44,366 nucleotides of DNA from the NCBI RefSeq assembly GCF_001194135.2, contig NC_068987.1, forward strand, positions 86,869,663 through 86,914,028, in the 5' to 3' direction. Made by a program: the position numbers and the translations under genes. Position 1 is the first letter of the stretch; the number at the start of each line of letters is the position of its first letter. Source of the stretch: Octopus bimaculoides (Eukaryota). The notes below the pieces were generated by a model, which was not told the origin of the DNA, searched no databases, and worked only from the letters and a program-made list of their open reading frames with translations. This document shows positions 24,950 to 36,487 of this stretch, one piece after another.

Positions 24950-26200
24950 TCAGGTTGAGTAAAAACTAAGCAACGTTTTGAACCATGAAGAATTTGTACC
25001 GGATTTTAGCAGAGTCTTGAATATTTTTTAAACACTTTTTTGCAATTGTCTGATATTAGAGACATAGATTTGCCCAAATGCATCAATAAATTAACATTGA
25101 TATTTCTTTCATCGTTGTGACAATCGAATGAAATGGAACTGTCAAAGCGCGATATTCGAGCAGTTTTGCTATTCAACTTCAAATAAGTTCGCTAAGCAGC
25201 TGAAACTGCTCGCGATATTAACGAAACGTTTGGTGAGGAAATGACCAGTGAGTGGTCAGCTCGAAAATAGTTAAAAAGATTTCACAGTAGAGCCCTGAGC
25301 CCTGAAGATCGTGAGCGTAGTGAACGCCCATCTGACATCGATGACAGTCAATTAAAGACCGTCATTGAGAAAGCTTCACGTAAAACCACTCGAGAACTGA
25401 CAAAAAAAACTTCAAGTTAGTCAGAAAACTTCATGCAACCATTTACATACGATCGGAAAATTAAAGAAACACGACAAATGGATACCACACGACTTGAATG
25501 GAAATCAGAAAATACGCAGAGAGGAAATCTGCTCCTCGCTACTTCTCCGTAACCAGGGCGTATTGTAACTCGCGATGAAAAGTGGATTCTGTACAATAAT
25601 ATAAAACTTCCTTGCAAAGATTGGACCAAAATGAAGCAGCCAAAATATTCCCTAAAGCCGAGTTCTTCAGAAAGAAGGTTAAGCTGACTGCTTGGTGGTG
25701 TACTGCTGGACTAAAACCAAGACAAACCATCAGTGCAGAAACATATTGCCATGTAAATGCCAAAATAAACGAAAAACTGCTACTCCTCCGCCCCAGACTG
25801 GTCAACAGAATAGGGTCAATCATTCTTCATGACAACGCTCGAACACACTTTTCCTTAATGACCATCTAGATGTTGAGGGAACTTGGCTACAAAGTGCTTC
25901 CCCATCCAGCTTATTCCCCAGACGTTTCTCCTACCGACTATCACATTTTCAAGTACCTTAATGGTTCACTGCGATAGAAGGAGTTCAAAAATCAAACCTA
26001 AACTGAAAATGCGTTCAAAGAATTCATCAGCACTAGAACTCCAGATTTTATGTAACCGGAATAAACAAACTTGTAACTCGTTGGCAAAAATGTGTTCATT
26101 GTAATTGTACTTATTTTCATGAATAAAATCTCCGCATCGTTGACATATATTGAGATGAAATTCATGTTTCAAAACGTTGCTTACTTTTTATTCAACCTGA
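24950..26200 (+). mobile_element. Full-length (1251 bp) decayed mariner element; transposase pseudogene ~25133-26126
   Basis: TIRs tcaggttgagtaaaaactaagcaacgttttgaa and ttcaaaacgttgcttactttttattcaacctga, TA on both sides. Peptides AAETARDINETFG, KWIPHDL, IVTRDEKWILYNN, KKVKLTAWW, ILHDNARTH, LPHPAYSPDVSPTDYHIF (DD34D triad). Multiple stops and frameshifts. Confidence 0.96.
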
Positions 26201-26231
26201 TAAATATACTACATCAGATTTAACGGAAGAG

Positions 26232-26335
26232 GTAGAGTCGATTTTATCAACCCATTACTCACTATTTAATTAGTATTTATTTCATCAACCTACCAGAAGA
26301 ATGAAAAGAAAATCGCCAACATTTGATCGCAAGAC
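26232..26335 (-). mobile_element. Highly degraded SINE family A core
   Basis: gagtcgattttatcaaccca...atttatttcatcaacc...gaatgaaaag. Confidence 0.45.
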
Positions 26336-26744
26336 AGAAAGAGACGAAACTTAAATGTTAAATGGCATTTGGTCCGCTACGCAACCGATTCTGTCGATCC
26401 ATTTCTATTAATGATGACAACAGTAATTCAGTACTAATTAAGGATGATGTCGAAAACATTTTTGAGAATATTTTCGACAATTATAAATGTCTGCTGCGCG
26501 CAATCAAGATGGCTGCGGAAATAAAAGTCGGAGAATTTTATTTTTCATTTCCTTCAGTCATTAGACTGCGGCGAGGCTGAAGTAATATCTTGAGGAGATC
26601 AGCTGAATAAATCGGCCCCGGTGCTTCTTATTAAGTCTCGTACCTATTCTAATCGTATATTTGACGTGTTGTCAAGTGATGGTATGTGACAAACACACAC
26701 ACACACACATATATACACACACATATACAAACACACACAAATGG

Positions 26745-26830
26745 CATTCGTGAACCCGATTTGTCAAGGTCGCCGCACAGCCAGACTGAACTCGAGACCA
26801 AATAGTTACAAAGCTAGCTTCTTAACCATA
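26745..26830 (-). mobile_element. SINE family D head, degraded
   Basis: caaggtcgccgcacagccagactgaactcgagacca....gttacaaagctagcttcttaacca. Confidence 0.55.
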
Positions 26831-27246
26831 TATTCACGCTTGCTGTATTTTCACCATATGTCTTAGCAATCTATTTCGAACGAACTCATTTTCAATTCGT
26901 TTTATTTATTATCAATATTGTTGTTTATTCTTTTTGTTTTCGACCCAATGTCCGATTAGGTTTGTATTACTTTGTTCACAGATAACCAGACATTGTATCA
27001 ATCATTGGCTTCTAACGCACCAATAGAAATATTTCCAAGAACAACGTATGATGTTTCTTCTCCTATCTAAACAGAGATCTCAACAAAATGCTTATTGCAT
27101 AATTTCTTGTTTGATTTTCTTAAATCTTTTGAAAATCTTATTTTCTATGGCAACTTGTTAATAAATTTTCAACGAGATTTAGCTTTCGTTGCTGTTTTAC
27201 TTTCAGAGGATGATTTCTAAAACAAATTGTGGATATTCGAATTGTT

Positions 27247-27308
27247 ATGTTCGCAGGTTTGGGTTAGGGTCACATGTCACATGTTCGCAGGTTTGGGTTC
27301 GAGTCACA
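27247..27308. repeat. 34-bp-period tandem duplication containing gggttaggg
   Basis: atgttcgcaggtttgggtt starts at 27247 and 27281. Confidence 0.85.
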
Positions 27309-27452
27309 CGGGCAGGCTTTGATCTTTTACTATCCAATGGATTTTCTAACAATATATTCGGCATGCTATTATATTTTTATCGACTTCGAGTTTAACCTTT
27401 CCTTATAAAAAAAAGGGTGGAAGGCTACCAGTTAGACTAAAACGTCCATCTT

Positions 27453-27611
27453 CTGTGAACAAGAGAAATGTGCTAGCATTACACCAAAGCAGTCTTTCCA
27501 GTTTTCTCAGTGCGTTTCCTCCCCCTTTTAGAGATGTTAGCTTCTTAAATAGCCAACGAAAATTCGAAGGTCTGCTTTGGTCTGATGGTAGCATATCTCG
27601 CATGTTCACAG
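27453..27611 (+). other. 54-bp gap-free imperfect hairpin with a 51-nt loop
   Basis: 27453-27506 pairs with 27558-27611: 43 Watson-Crick, 4 G-U, 7 mismatches on the plus strand. Confidence 0.8.
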
Positions 27612-28004
27612 AGATAGATCTGAGACCCACGGTTAAGTGGAGACATTTTTCTGTGGAAATGAATTAGGTCAATATTCTACATGCAAATATTGATATCTTT
27701 ATGTACTTCGAGTTCCACCGCCAAAACGATTTATTTCATATATCTCGAAGTTTATAATTAAAAAATATCTTATAATGTGAAGACTATACAAAAAGAAAAT
27801 CGAACTGAGAAAAATCGAAATTTCCTTTGAAATAATGCTAACACATGTATCTTGTTCACAAATGTGGGTTCCGATCCCACACGCAACTTTCGACACGTTT
27901 TAATTCAAGAGAGGTGTGAAAGAAAACATTCCACATACTATTACTAATAGAGTTATATACATCTAGTTCCATCGTTAAAATGTTCGTGTTTACGAATGTG
28001 TGTG

Positions 28005-28090
28005 GGGCATGTATGTGTGTGTGTGTGTGTCTGTGTGTGTCTGTGTGTGTCTGTGTGTGTCTGTCTGTGTCTGTATGTGTGTGTGTGTCA
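28005..28090. repeat. (TG)n/(TGTC)n microsatellite
   Basis: Direct reading. Confidence 0.9.
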
Positions 28091-28283
28091 ATTAAGAAAG
28101 GAAATGTATGAACATTGTTATGAAACGTAATGAATAAAATAAGCTTATGATTATGATGTCACTTGTCTTAAGTTATTCATGATTTCGTAATTAATAATGG
28201 TGGTATAATTTCATTAATGCATAACTAGCTAATCAAGATAATGTTATTGTTCCATATATATAAATATATATATATACATACAT

Positions 28284-28289
28284 ATAGAC

Positions 28290-28375
<86 letters not shown>

Positions 28376-28434
28376 TTAGATAGATAGATAGACAGATAGA
28401 TAGATAGATAGATAGATCGATAGATAGATAGATC

Positions 28435-28470
<36 letters not shown>
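28284..28470. repeat. Long (GATA)n microsatellite
   Basis: Direct reading. Confidence 0.97.
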
Positions 28471-30074
28471 TTAATAGGCAGATAATACTTAATTGCTATT
28501 AACACTAATAAGTGAGGCAAGAAGTGGAACATTCATATTGTTCAATGGAAATTTGCAATTAATGCAAACGTAATTGAGACGAAATGTAAACACAATTTAT
28601 TGACATTAATTATAGGCGTTTGCCTTTGTGTATATGTGCGAGAATGTAATCTAAATTTCGTACGTAATACCTTAAACTGGCTGCCTACATTTCGCTTAGG
28701 GCAATCTCCATATTTATCCACTTTCGTGCGAATTGTCTAGGACTACACTAATTTGATATTATCGGTTGAAGATTTCAAGTAATTTTAAATACATTCTCAT
28801 TGACAGACTTACCACTTGATGGGAAATCGAATTTGCTCTGCATGCAATATCATGCGTTTTCTCTCTCATTCCTATGAGTCAAATGTAATTATAGCCACAT
28901 CGTAAACACATTATTACTAAACATAGGGTTACAATATGCACAAGTAAGGTATTTCTCTCTTTTGACTTATTAGCTTTGATGAAATTGTAACTTTGATCCT
29001 TGAGATAAAGTGAGAAACCTCCAAAGTTGTGTATGTCACACTTTTTGAATACTGGTCCTGTTGTAGTTAGATATATTATAACTATTAATTTTAACCCCTA
29101 GAAAATTTCCTATTACGTTTTTTAGCGTGTGTGTGTATGTGCGTGCGTGTGAGTGTATCGTGTGAGGGTGTCTTTAATGGTATATGTGTGCATAGTGTGC
29201 CTGTGTGCGTGCGTTGATAATGCTCTCTTATTATGGCCATTAATAGAAGAAAGATAACTATCCACACTGAACAAAAGATGGAATTAGAAATTTGAAACTT
29301 AAATTAATTAAAACGAGTAAGAAAGATTAAACGTGCCAGTGATGTATAAGATCCTGTGTCGAGAATTCGAGGAAGGAGTATATGCGGCAGATAATATTGG
29401 AAACCAGCAGACAGAAGAAAGTACAAGCTCGGCAACATCTAATTGGACAGAAACCAGCGCCCAATTTCATGGCAAACAATGCGATCAAATGGGGTTTTCA
29501 TTCGCGAAAATTTACGACCGAGAAAAGGTAAAGATACGTCAACGCTGATACAAACTTGAAGAATGAGTTTAGAAGTAGCATTCGTTCCGAGATGATATTC
29601 TTATTTCCGTGCATGTAAGTATACATAATGTCCATATATATATATATATATATATATATANNNNNNNNNNNNNNNNNNNNNNNNNNNNNNNNNNNNNNNN
29701 NNNNNNNNNNNNNNNNNNNNNNNNNNNNNNNNNNNNNNNNNNNNNNNNNNNNNNNNNNNNNNNNNNNNNNNNNNNNNNNNNNNNNNNNNNNNNNNNNNNN
29801 NNNNNNNNNNNNNNNNNNNNNNNNNNNNNNNNNNNNNNNNNNNNNNNNNNNNNNNNNNNNNNNNNNNNNNNNNNNNNNNNNNNNNNNNNNNNNNNNNNNN
29901 NNNNNNNNNNNNNNNNNNNNNNNNNNNNNNNNNNNNNNNNNNNNNNNNNNNNNNNNNNNNNNNNNNNNNNNNNNNNNNNNNNNNNNNNNNNNNNNNNNNN
30001 NNNNNNNNNNNNNNNNNNNNNNNNNNNNNNNNNNNNNNNNNNNNNNNNNNNNNNNNNNNNNNNNNNNNNNNNNN

Positions 30075-30141
<67 letters not shown>

Positions 30142-30429
30142 TTACGAAATCACAAGTTCAATCTTTTTTCTAGACTTATTGGCGATTCTTGTTTTACTTT
30201 GGCATTAGTTTTATTTTATTATTATTTATAACCCATAGTAGCGCTATAAAAAGAGATAACACACCAATTATGTTTCTATATTATTTGCTAGTTTATTCTT
30301 TTGCCCAGCGACGTCAAGCTTCACACTGCAAAATGGTATGATTCTAATTTATTGAGCCTTCTTACCTCATCTTGAGGCCCTGTTTGTACCCCTTCCCTCT
30401 TCCCTTCTTTTATGTTATGTATTTGTATT

Positions 30430-30546
30430 CACTCTGATGAAGCTCCATGTGCTAGATCGAATGTGCTACAAAGATGATGGATATTTATTTTCGGAATTTT
30501 CTTTGTAGGCACCGACTGACATTGGCAGGCGAAACGACTGTAAGCA
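30430..30546 (+). ncRNA. Hammerhead-like motif with a long (90-nt) stem II
   Basis: CUGAUGA at 30434-30440, GAAA at 30531-30534, then C-GACU-GUA. Internal helices gtgctacaaaga/tctttgtaggcac and ccatgt/acattgg. Stem I weak. Confidence 0.45.
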
Positions 30547-31360
30547 ATGTTAAGTTTTGCATCTAAAAATGATTAATCGATATTGGTCAATTTGTTTGTT
30601 GATCAAAAGTATTCTCCATATAAAGAATTTAGATTAGTTAAAATATGTTTGTGACATATTTCGACTGCTAAAGGCAAATACACTGCAGTTACCGTGGAGA
30701 ATATATCTCTTTTATCGTAAAACTGTGCTTATACCTAAATACTGCATAGCGCTAACATTTCGTTATTTTCTTCGATTGGGCGATCTATTAGCGCAAATCA
30801 GACAACATCGCTGACTGAATTATATGTAAAGGTATGGTTTTATAAGTTCGTTCAGAGTTGCCTCTCTTACATCTAATTGACAAGAGCTAAAAGATTGAAA
30901 CACCGATGTCTGGGATACCTGATAGATAGTGACACTGAACAAACTGGATGTTTTAACACTTTTTCACCATGAGAGAGATATGCTCTCCACGGTAACCGCA
31001 GCGTATTTGCCTTTAGCCGTGTTTCCTCCTGTTCTGATTAATCCATTCTGACCTTCAGTGGTGTGTATCCTTATTCACGCATGCGTTTGTGTCAGTATCT
31101 CTGTGTGTATATGTGTGCGCTTGTGCGGCTGCGTGTATGCGTTTGTGCATGCCTATGTGTTTTGTATGTGTATTTTATTTGTGTGTAAATGCGTTTGCTT
31201 GCTATACTGTTTGTGCCCATGTCCTTCGTTTAGTTTTATCAACATTTCTTTACTTATCTATTTATCTATTTTTCCTTTTCTCATTTCATGTAACCACATG
31301 TGAATCGTTGCCTTTTTTTCATTCCGTCTTTCTTTTCTCTTAGACTTTCCTCTGTCTCCT

Positions 31361-31395
31361 GTTTCTGAAGAAACACTTTGCTCGAAACGTAAAAC
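31361..31395 (+). ncRNA. Minimal type I hammerhead motif, core intact but stem II decayed
   Basis: GUUU-CUGAAGA-aacacuuugcuc-GAAA-CGUA^AAAC. Stem I gttt/aaac, palindromic ACGU stem III. T-rich flanks. Confidence 0.55.
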
Positions 31396-32877
31396 CACCT
31401 TTCTTTCCTTCCTTGAGCGTCTGCTAATACTTTGTTTGCATGTTCCACGTCCTTGCGTTGTTGTTTTTTTTTTTTGTTGTGTTTGGACTTCGTTTTTTTA
31501 ATTTACTATACATGCGTACGTATATATATATATANNNNNNNNNNNNNNNNNNNNNNNNNNNNNNNNNNNNNNNNNNNNNNTATATATATGTATATATATA
31601 TATATATATACATATATACAGAAGCACACACACACGCACATATATACATAACCGTAACTTAGTATTAATGTGCATGTAAGTACACCGCTCTCAAAACTAT
31701 GAATTTATATTGTTCTTTAAATGTTTAAAATCAAACTTCTCTAACTATATATTTAACCAGCATGTGTGTATGTGATTACGTTTGTAGAGATATATAAAGA
31801 CATAGGTAGACAGATAAATAGATCGATAGATTTACACATACATATATTATGATGAGATATACATAAACATCACATACACTATCGAACATTGCACAAAAGA
31901 AACAATACCTTCCAATGTTGCTACCCCTGATGGCTTCTGGAATATTCTGGAAGGCTTTCGCTTAACTAAATCTCAGAAATTCGTTTATTATGCACACTAA
32001 TGTGTTTGATATGAAATATATATGAGAAGATATCTAAAAGATAATTTGTAACAACACTTGAATTTTTAACTCTTCATCCCTATTTATCTTTTTATCTCCA
32101 TTTATTTCAGTAACTGTTACCCACCTTTCATTTCATAATTTTGTTGTCAGGATCACATTTCTTACAAGCAAGTCCAAAACAGTTCGTAACTCCGCCCCTT
32201 TTGAAAAGTCTCACGTCGCTTATTATTCAAATTTGTTCGAATGTATTCATTTTAATCTGTTCATAATTTATTTCCCTTTGTAACTGAAGCATACCCTTTT
32301 CTCCTCCTGATGTTTCTTCTATAATAATAATAATTTCCTTTCAATAAACATTTACGAGATACCAAGATTCACAAATGACTTACATTTCTGTTAGTTTCAA
32401 ACCTCGATATATGAACTGAAACGATAACCACTTCTAAGCAGGCATTTTCATAAGAACAGGCACAAACAATTTGCACATTTGTTACAAGTCATTACCACTA
32501 CATTACTTTATCGGAACCAAACATATATCGTCTCACTCTATTTTTTATATTTGACAACTCTATAATGGTACAATCACACTGTCGCCTTAATGTTTCGCCA
32601 AATCCTCATTTGTCTCACTACTATATAACAAAATATAAATTAACCGGGGTGTATACATTTTATTTTCCAACTGACGTTACTAACTTCTTATACAACTTTG
32701 TGATTTATCATGTTTACACCCTTCAGTATATTTGGTTTATCTTTATATTTTACCTTATTTGTTTTCTTAACGAACACGTCAGATATTTCCAAATACTTTA
32801 TTTCAATTTTTTCCCTTTCATGAATAAGTCCACTTTACTTCTCATTAACTTTTTCATATACATGAAACGCTACAATA

Positions 32878-33205
32878 TCATTATAATTATCATTATTATT
32901 ATTATTATTCTTCAGTAGTTTTATTTTTATGACGTGCTTTCACTTCACTACCGAGCGCAGCTCTGTGCGCCTTGGGTATGTGCTGTGGTTTGCTGTGATG
33001 CTCTTATGGTTACTGTATTGAAAGTGTTTTGCGTAGAATGTGTGCAGTACCCAGTAGTGCAATTTTCTGTATGTTATATATATTTGTAAGTCCTGGTGTT
33101 TTTGTTATGTATTTTTCTGAATATTTTTTTATTATACCTAAGGCACCTAATATGATAGGAATTGTTTCTGTTTTTAGATTCCACATTCGAGTTATCTCTA
33201 TTTCC
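32878..33205 (-). mobile_element. 3' end of a restriction-like-endonuclease non-LTR retrotransposon (R4/Dong/NeSL-like) with (AAT)n tail
   Basis: Minus frame 33204-33010, which lacks an ATG and is absent from the ORF track, reads EIEITRMWNLKTETIPIILGALGIIKKYSEKYITKTPGLTNIYNIQKIALLGTAHILRKTLSIQ*. A ~100-nt 3'UTR and (AAT)n follow. Confidence 0.85.
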
Positions 33206-33359
33206 NNNNNNNNNNNNNNNNNNNNNNNNNNNNNNNNNNNNNNNNNNNNNNNNNNNNNNNNNNNNNNNNNNNNNNNNNNNNNNNNNNNNNNNNNNNNNNN
33301 NNNNNNNNNNNNNNNNNNNNNNNNNNNNNNNNNNNNNNNNNNNNNNNNNNNNNNNNNNN

Positions 33360-33417
<58 letters not shown>

Positions 33418-33725
33418 GAGTGAGAGAGCAGTTCATGCCATCAAGGTGACACTGGTGTAAAATATACGAAGCCCATTATACCCATCATGACTACCCGTCT
33501 GATAAGGGTACACCAGGCACATGTATCACAACCATATGTGCGCGACTTGGTGATCTCATATCAAGATAAACAGCGCATGCCCTCGCATGTGGGGCCCAGT
33601 TAGAATATTCTTCAGGTCGAATAGCCCATCCCCCTCAAAAGTTCCCTCAATAAGGCTTGTTTAAGGATGTTGAGCAAAACGCCCATGTTTCCAAAGGTGA
33701 ATTTTTCAAACCCCAAAGAATTGCT
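33360..33725 (-). mobile_element. 3' end of a second (AAT)n-tailed retroposon, family unassigned
   Basis: Perfect (TAT)n at 33360-33418 abutting a GC-richer repeat-like body (gagtgagagagcagttcatgccatc...). Recognised as a common octopus repeat from memory only. Confidence 0.55.
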
Positions 33726-33825
33726 GAATTTTTCTGGAGAACATGATTTTTTTCTTTGTGCTTACGTTGTTGATGACCTCTTTCTAGAATATTGGATGTC
33801 CACCTAGTGGTCATCCCTTCTTATA

Positions 33826-33826
33826 C

Positions 33827-33877
<51 letters not shown>
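33826..33877. repeat. (TA)n microsatellite
   Basis: Direct reading. Confidence 0.97.
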
Positions 33878-33878
<1 letters not shown>

Positions 33879-35351
33879 TTCGACTTCAAGCCATACGTTA
33901 AAACGCATACATATCATCTACTCATCCATATATGGTGAAATAAAATATACGCTGGTGACGTCTAACAAGATATATGATGTCACTGATGTGCTTTATGTTG
34001 TTTTATATAGAGAAAGTAAAATTATGCTGTCTCCAGAAGTCATTATGTGTTCTGATTTCCTTTACATTATCAGTGTGATCTCGTTTATTATGTTATGCAT
34101 TCTATATTTATACATCAACGCAAAACGTTCCGTCTGCTAATCAACAATAATTCGATACAAGACAAGGCAGATGTTTCATGAATGTTTTCCATTGAGTTTC
34201 ATGCTTCGTTCAGTTGCCTAATTTACTGGAAAATGCACGTTATTGCTAAAAATTCCCAAACTGGTTTCATAATCTAAAATCAGTTGCCATTCTTTACAAT
34301 TAGTATTCATTTGTTTAAGCTTACTTTCTCCATCTACATGTTTACTGAATTGTCTTATAAGCAAATTTTATCGGTAATTTACTCATCGTAATGGCTGTGT
34401 TGCTATACCGAGTATACAACAATAATTCACATATACTTGCAACAAACTCAGTGCCGTAAGTTATTTCAAACTGAGAAGTGTAAATTGCTGTTTGTAGATA
34501 CGGTCACTAGTTCTATCTGCAATATAATGTAAATGAAATTTGTTTGATAGTAAGGCATAGGGTCGCGGTTTCAAGTCAAAAATACTTGAGCATTTCTATG
34601 GTGGAAATTTGGTCAGGTACAAATATCCCGTTTCATTAATAATCGTCATGTAATCATCGGATTTTATTTTATATAACCTTACTTTACTTTATGTGGATAA
34701 ACTGGAATTTAGCGGAGATTTTCTTGATGTTATGTGAAGTAGAGATAAGAAATAATCTCATTAGATGTTCCGATAAGCCGAAGAAAGTACCCAAAGGTGA
34801 ATGCAAATGAATATTGAAATTCGAACAAGATAAATACGAGTGAAATGAATAGCTTCAACTTTTCATAAAGATTAAGGTGATCCTTCTGAAAGGATTAGTA
34901 AGAGTTATATATTGTTAGAGTGTGGAAGATTTAGAGATGTTGAAACTCATATTCCTAGGAGCTAAAATATGTATATTAAGATACAAGTGGCAGAGAATAT
35001 ACATCAGGAATCGATGGACTAAATACACAAGAGATTTCATAATTGTAAGTTTGCTTATGCGATACAACTAATGTTCATTAACAATGCATATGTTTGGTGA
35101 TAAACATAGGAGAGATCAGTATTCCTATTAATGATTATCACAAGCTGTTGCAAAATATACAGTTCCTACTCAAGCAGAATTAGTAAATACGAATTGTATG
35201 TGAGGAAGTAGGAACTATCTTTAGGATGCTTCCATGTAACGTTGGACAATTCGATTCCGTGATTCCGCTGATAGAACGGGAAAAACCAAATTAGCCCTAG
35301 CTTGTCAATGCAAAGTCCTGTTGTATATTATGAGATTGTTTCCTCTCAGGA

Positions 35352-35670
35352 AGGCACGCGACTAACTGGTTAATGCATTAGGCTCACATGGTAGTAGTCG
35401 TGAGTTTCATACATGGGCGGTGCGTTGTGTCCATGTGCAAGACACTTTATTTCACGTTGTTCCAATCCACTCCAAAATGAGTAGTACTTTTATTTTGAAG
35501 GGCCAGCCTTGTCACAGTCTGTGTTACTCTGAATCTCCCTGAGAACTATGTTACGGGTAAGCGTGTTTGCCGTATACCTAGTCATTTGCACGTTAATTTC
35601 ACGAGCAAGCTGTTCCGTTGATCGGATCAAGATGAACACTTGTAATCGTAACCGACGAAGTGTCCGTTTC
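35352..35670 (+). mobile_element. SINE family B, long-tail subtype
   Basis: gcggtgcgttgtgtccatgtgcaagacactttatttcacgttg core. Tail ttgcacgttaatttcacgagcaagctgttccgttgatcggatcaa. Confidence 0.85.
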
Positions 35671-36456
35671 CAGTTCGTAAACCATTATCCCCATATGTGA
35701 TAATTAATATAAAGAAAAAAATATCGTACCATGTTTAGACTGGCATAATAACAAAAAACGTGTTGTTTACTCTTTTACCTTCGTTTGAAAATTAGGTCAT
35801 GGACTCACCCTTAGAAAGTTAAATGAGTTATATGTTAGTGATCGGAACATACACGCTTAAATATGTGAAGTGTATACACGTGGACATGTGCATGTGTTGT
35901 GTGCATGCATGTCCTTTGATAATACATACACTCCATGTTCTTATGTTTGTTAAGAGACAAGTATTGATAATTGGGCACGCGTGAAATATAAGATTATAAG
36001 ATATAATGCAAACAATGTCATTTGAGAATCAGGAAAAACAGCGTGAAAAAATTATCTCCTTATCCCACAATTTAAATTTATTTCGCAGCTTAGTTTAACC
36101 ATTTTGTACCTCGCACCAGTTTCAACATGCCGTTATATGGAACAAGTGGGCGAAGTAGTTTAAATAATATCTGTAGAAGGTATAAATTTTGAACGTTTGC
36201 AACAACCTATAAATTCCCAACCTTGATATTGTTATATTTTTTAAAATAAAATATCAATAATCTATCAAGTATATTAAGCGTAAAATGTAAAATTTAAACA
36301 TAAAGCGATATATACGTAAGTTGCTAAATGGGACGTGATCAGCCATTGAATTTTAAGCGACTGAAATATGTTATAAATTGTGCTAGCTTTAGTGAATAGC
36401 TATACGTATTCCCGTCTAAGAGAAAATCATCTTTTGTTCTGTACGGATATACATAC

Positions 36457-36487
<31 letters not shown>

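Noticed and set aside
32040-32330. Minus frame resembling degenerate coding sequence (IEETSGGEKGMLQLQRE...)
   Set aside because: Many stops and no recognisable motif.
33029-33460. Plus-strand ORF MRRMCAVPSSAIFC...
   Set aside because: Antisense shadow of the RLE LINE frame plus gap and (TAT)n.
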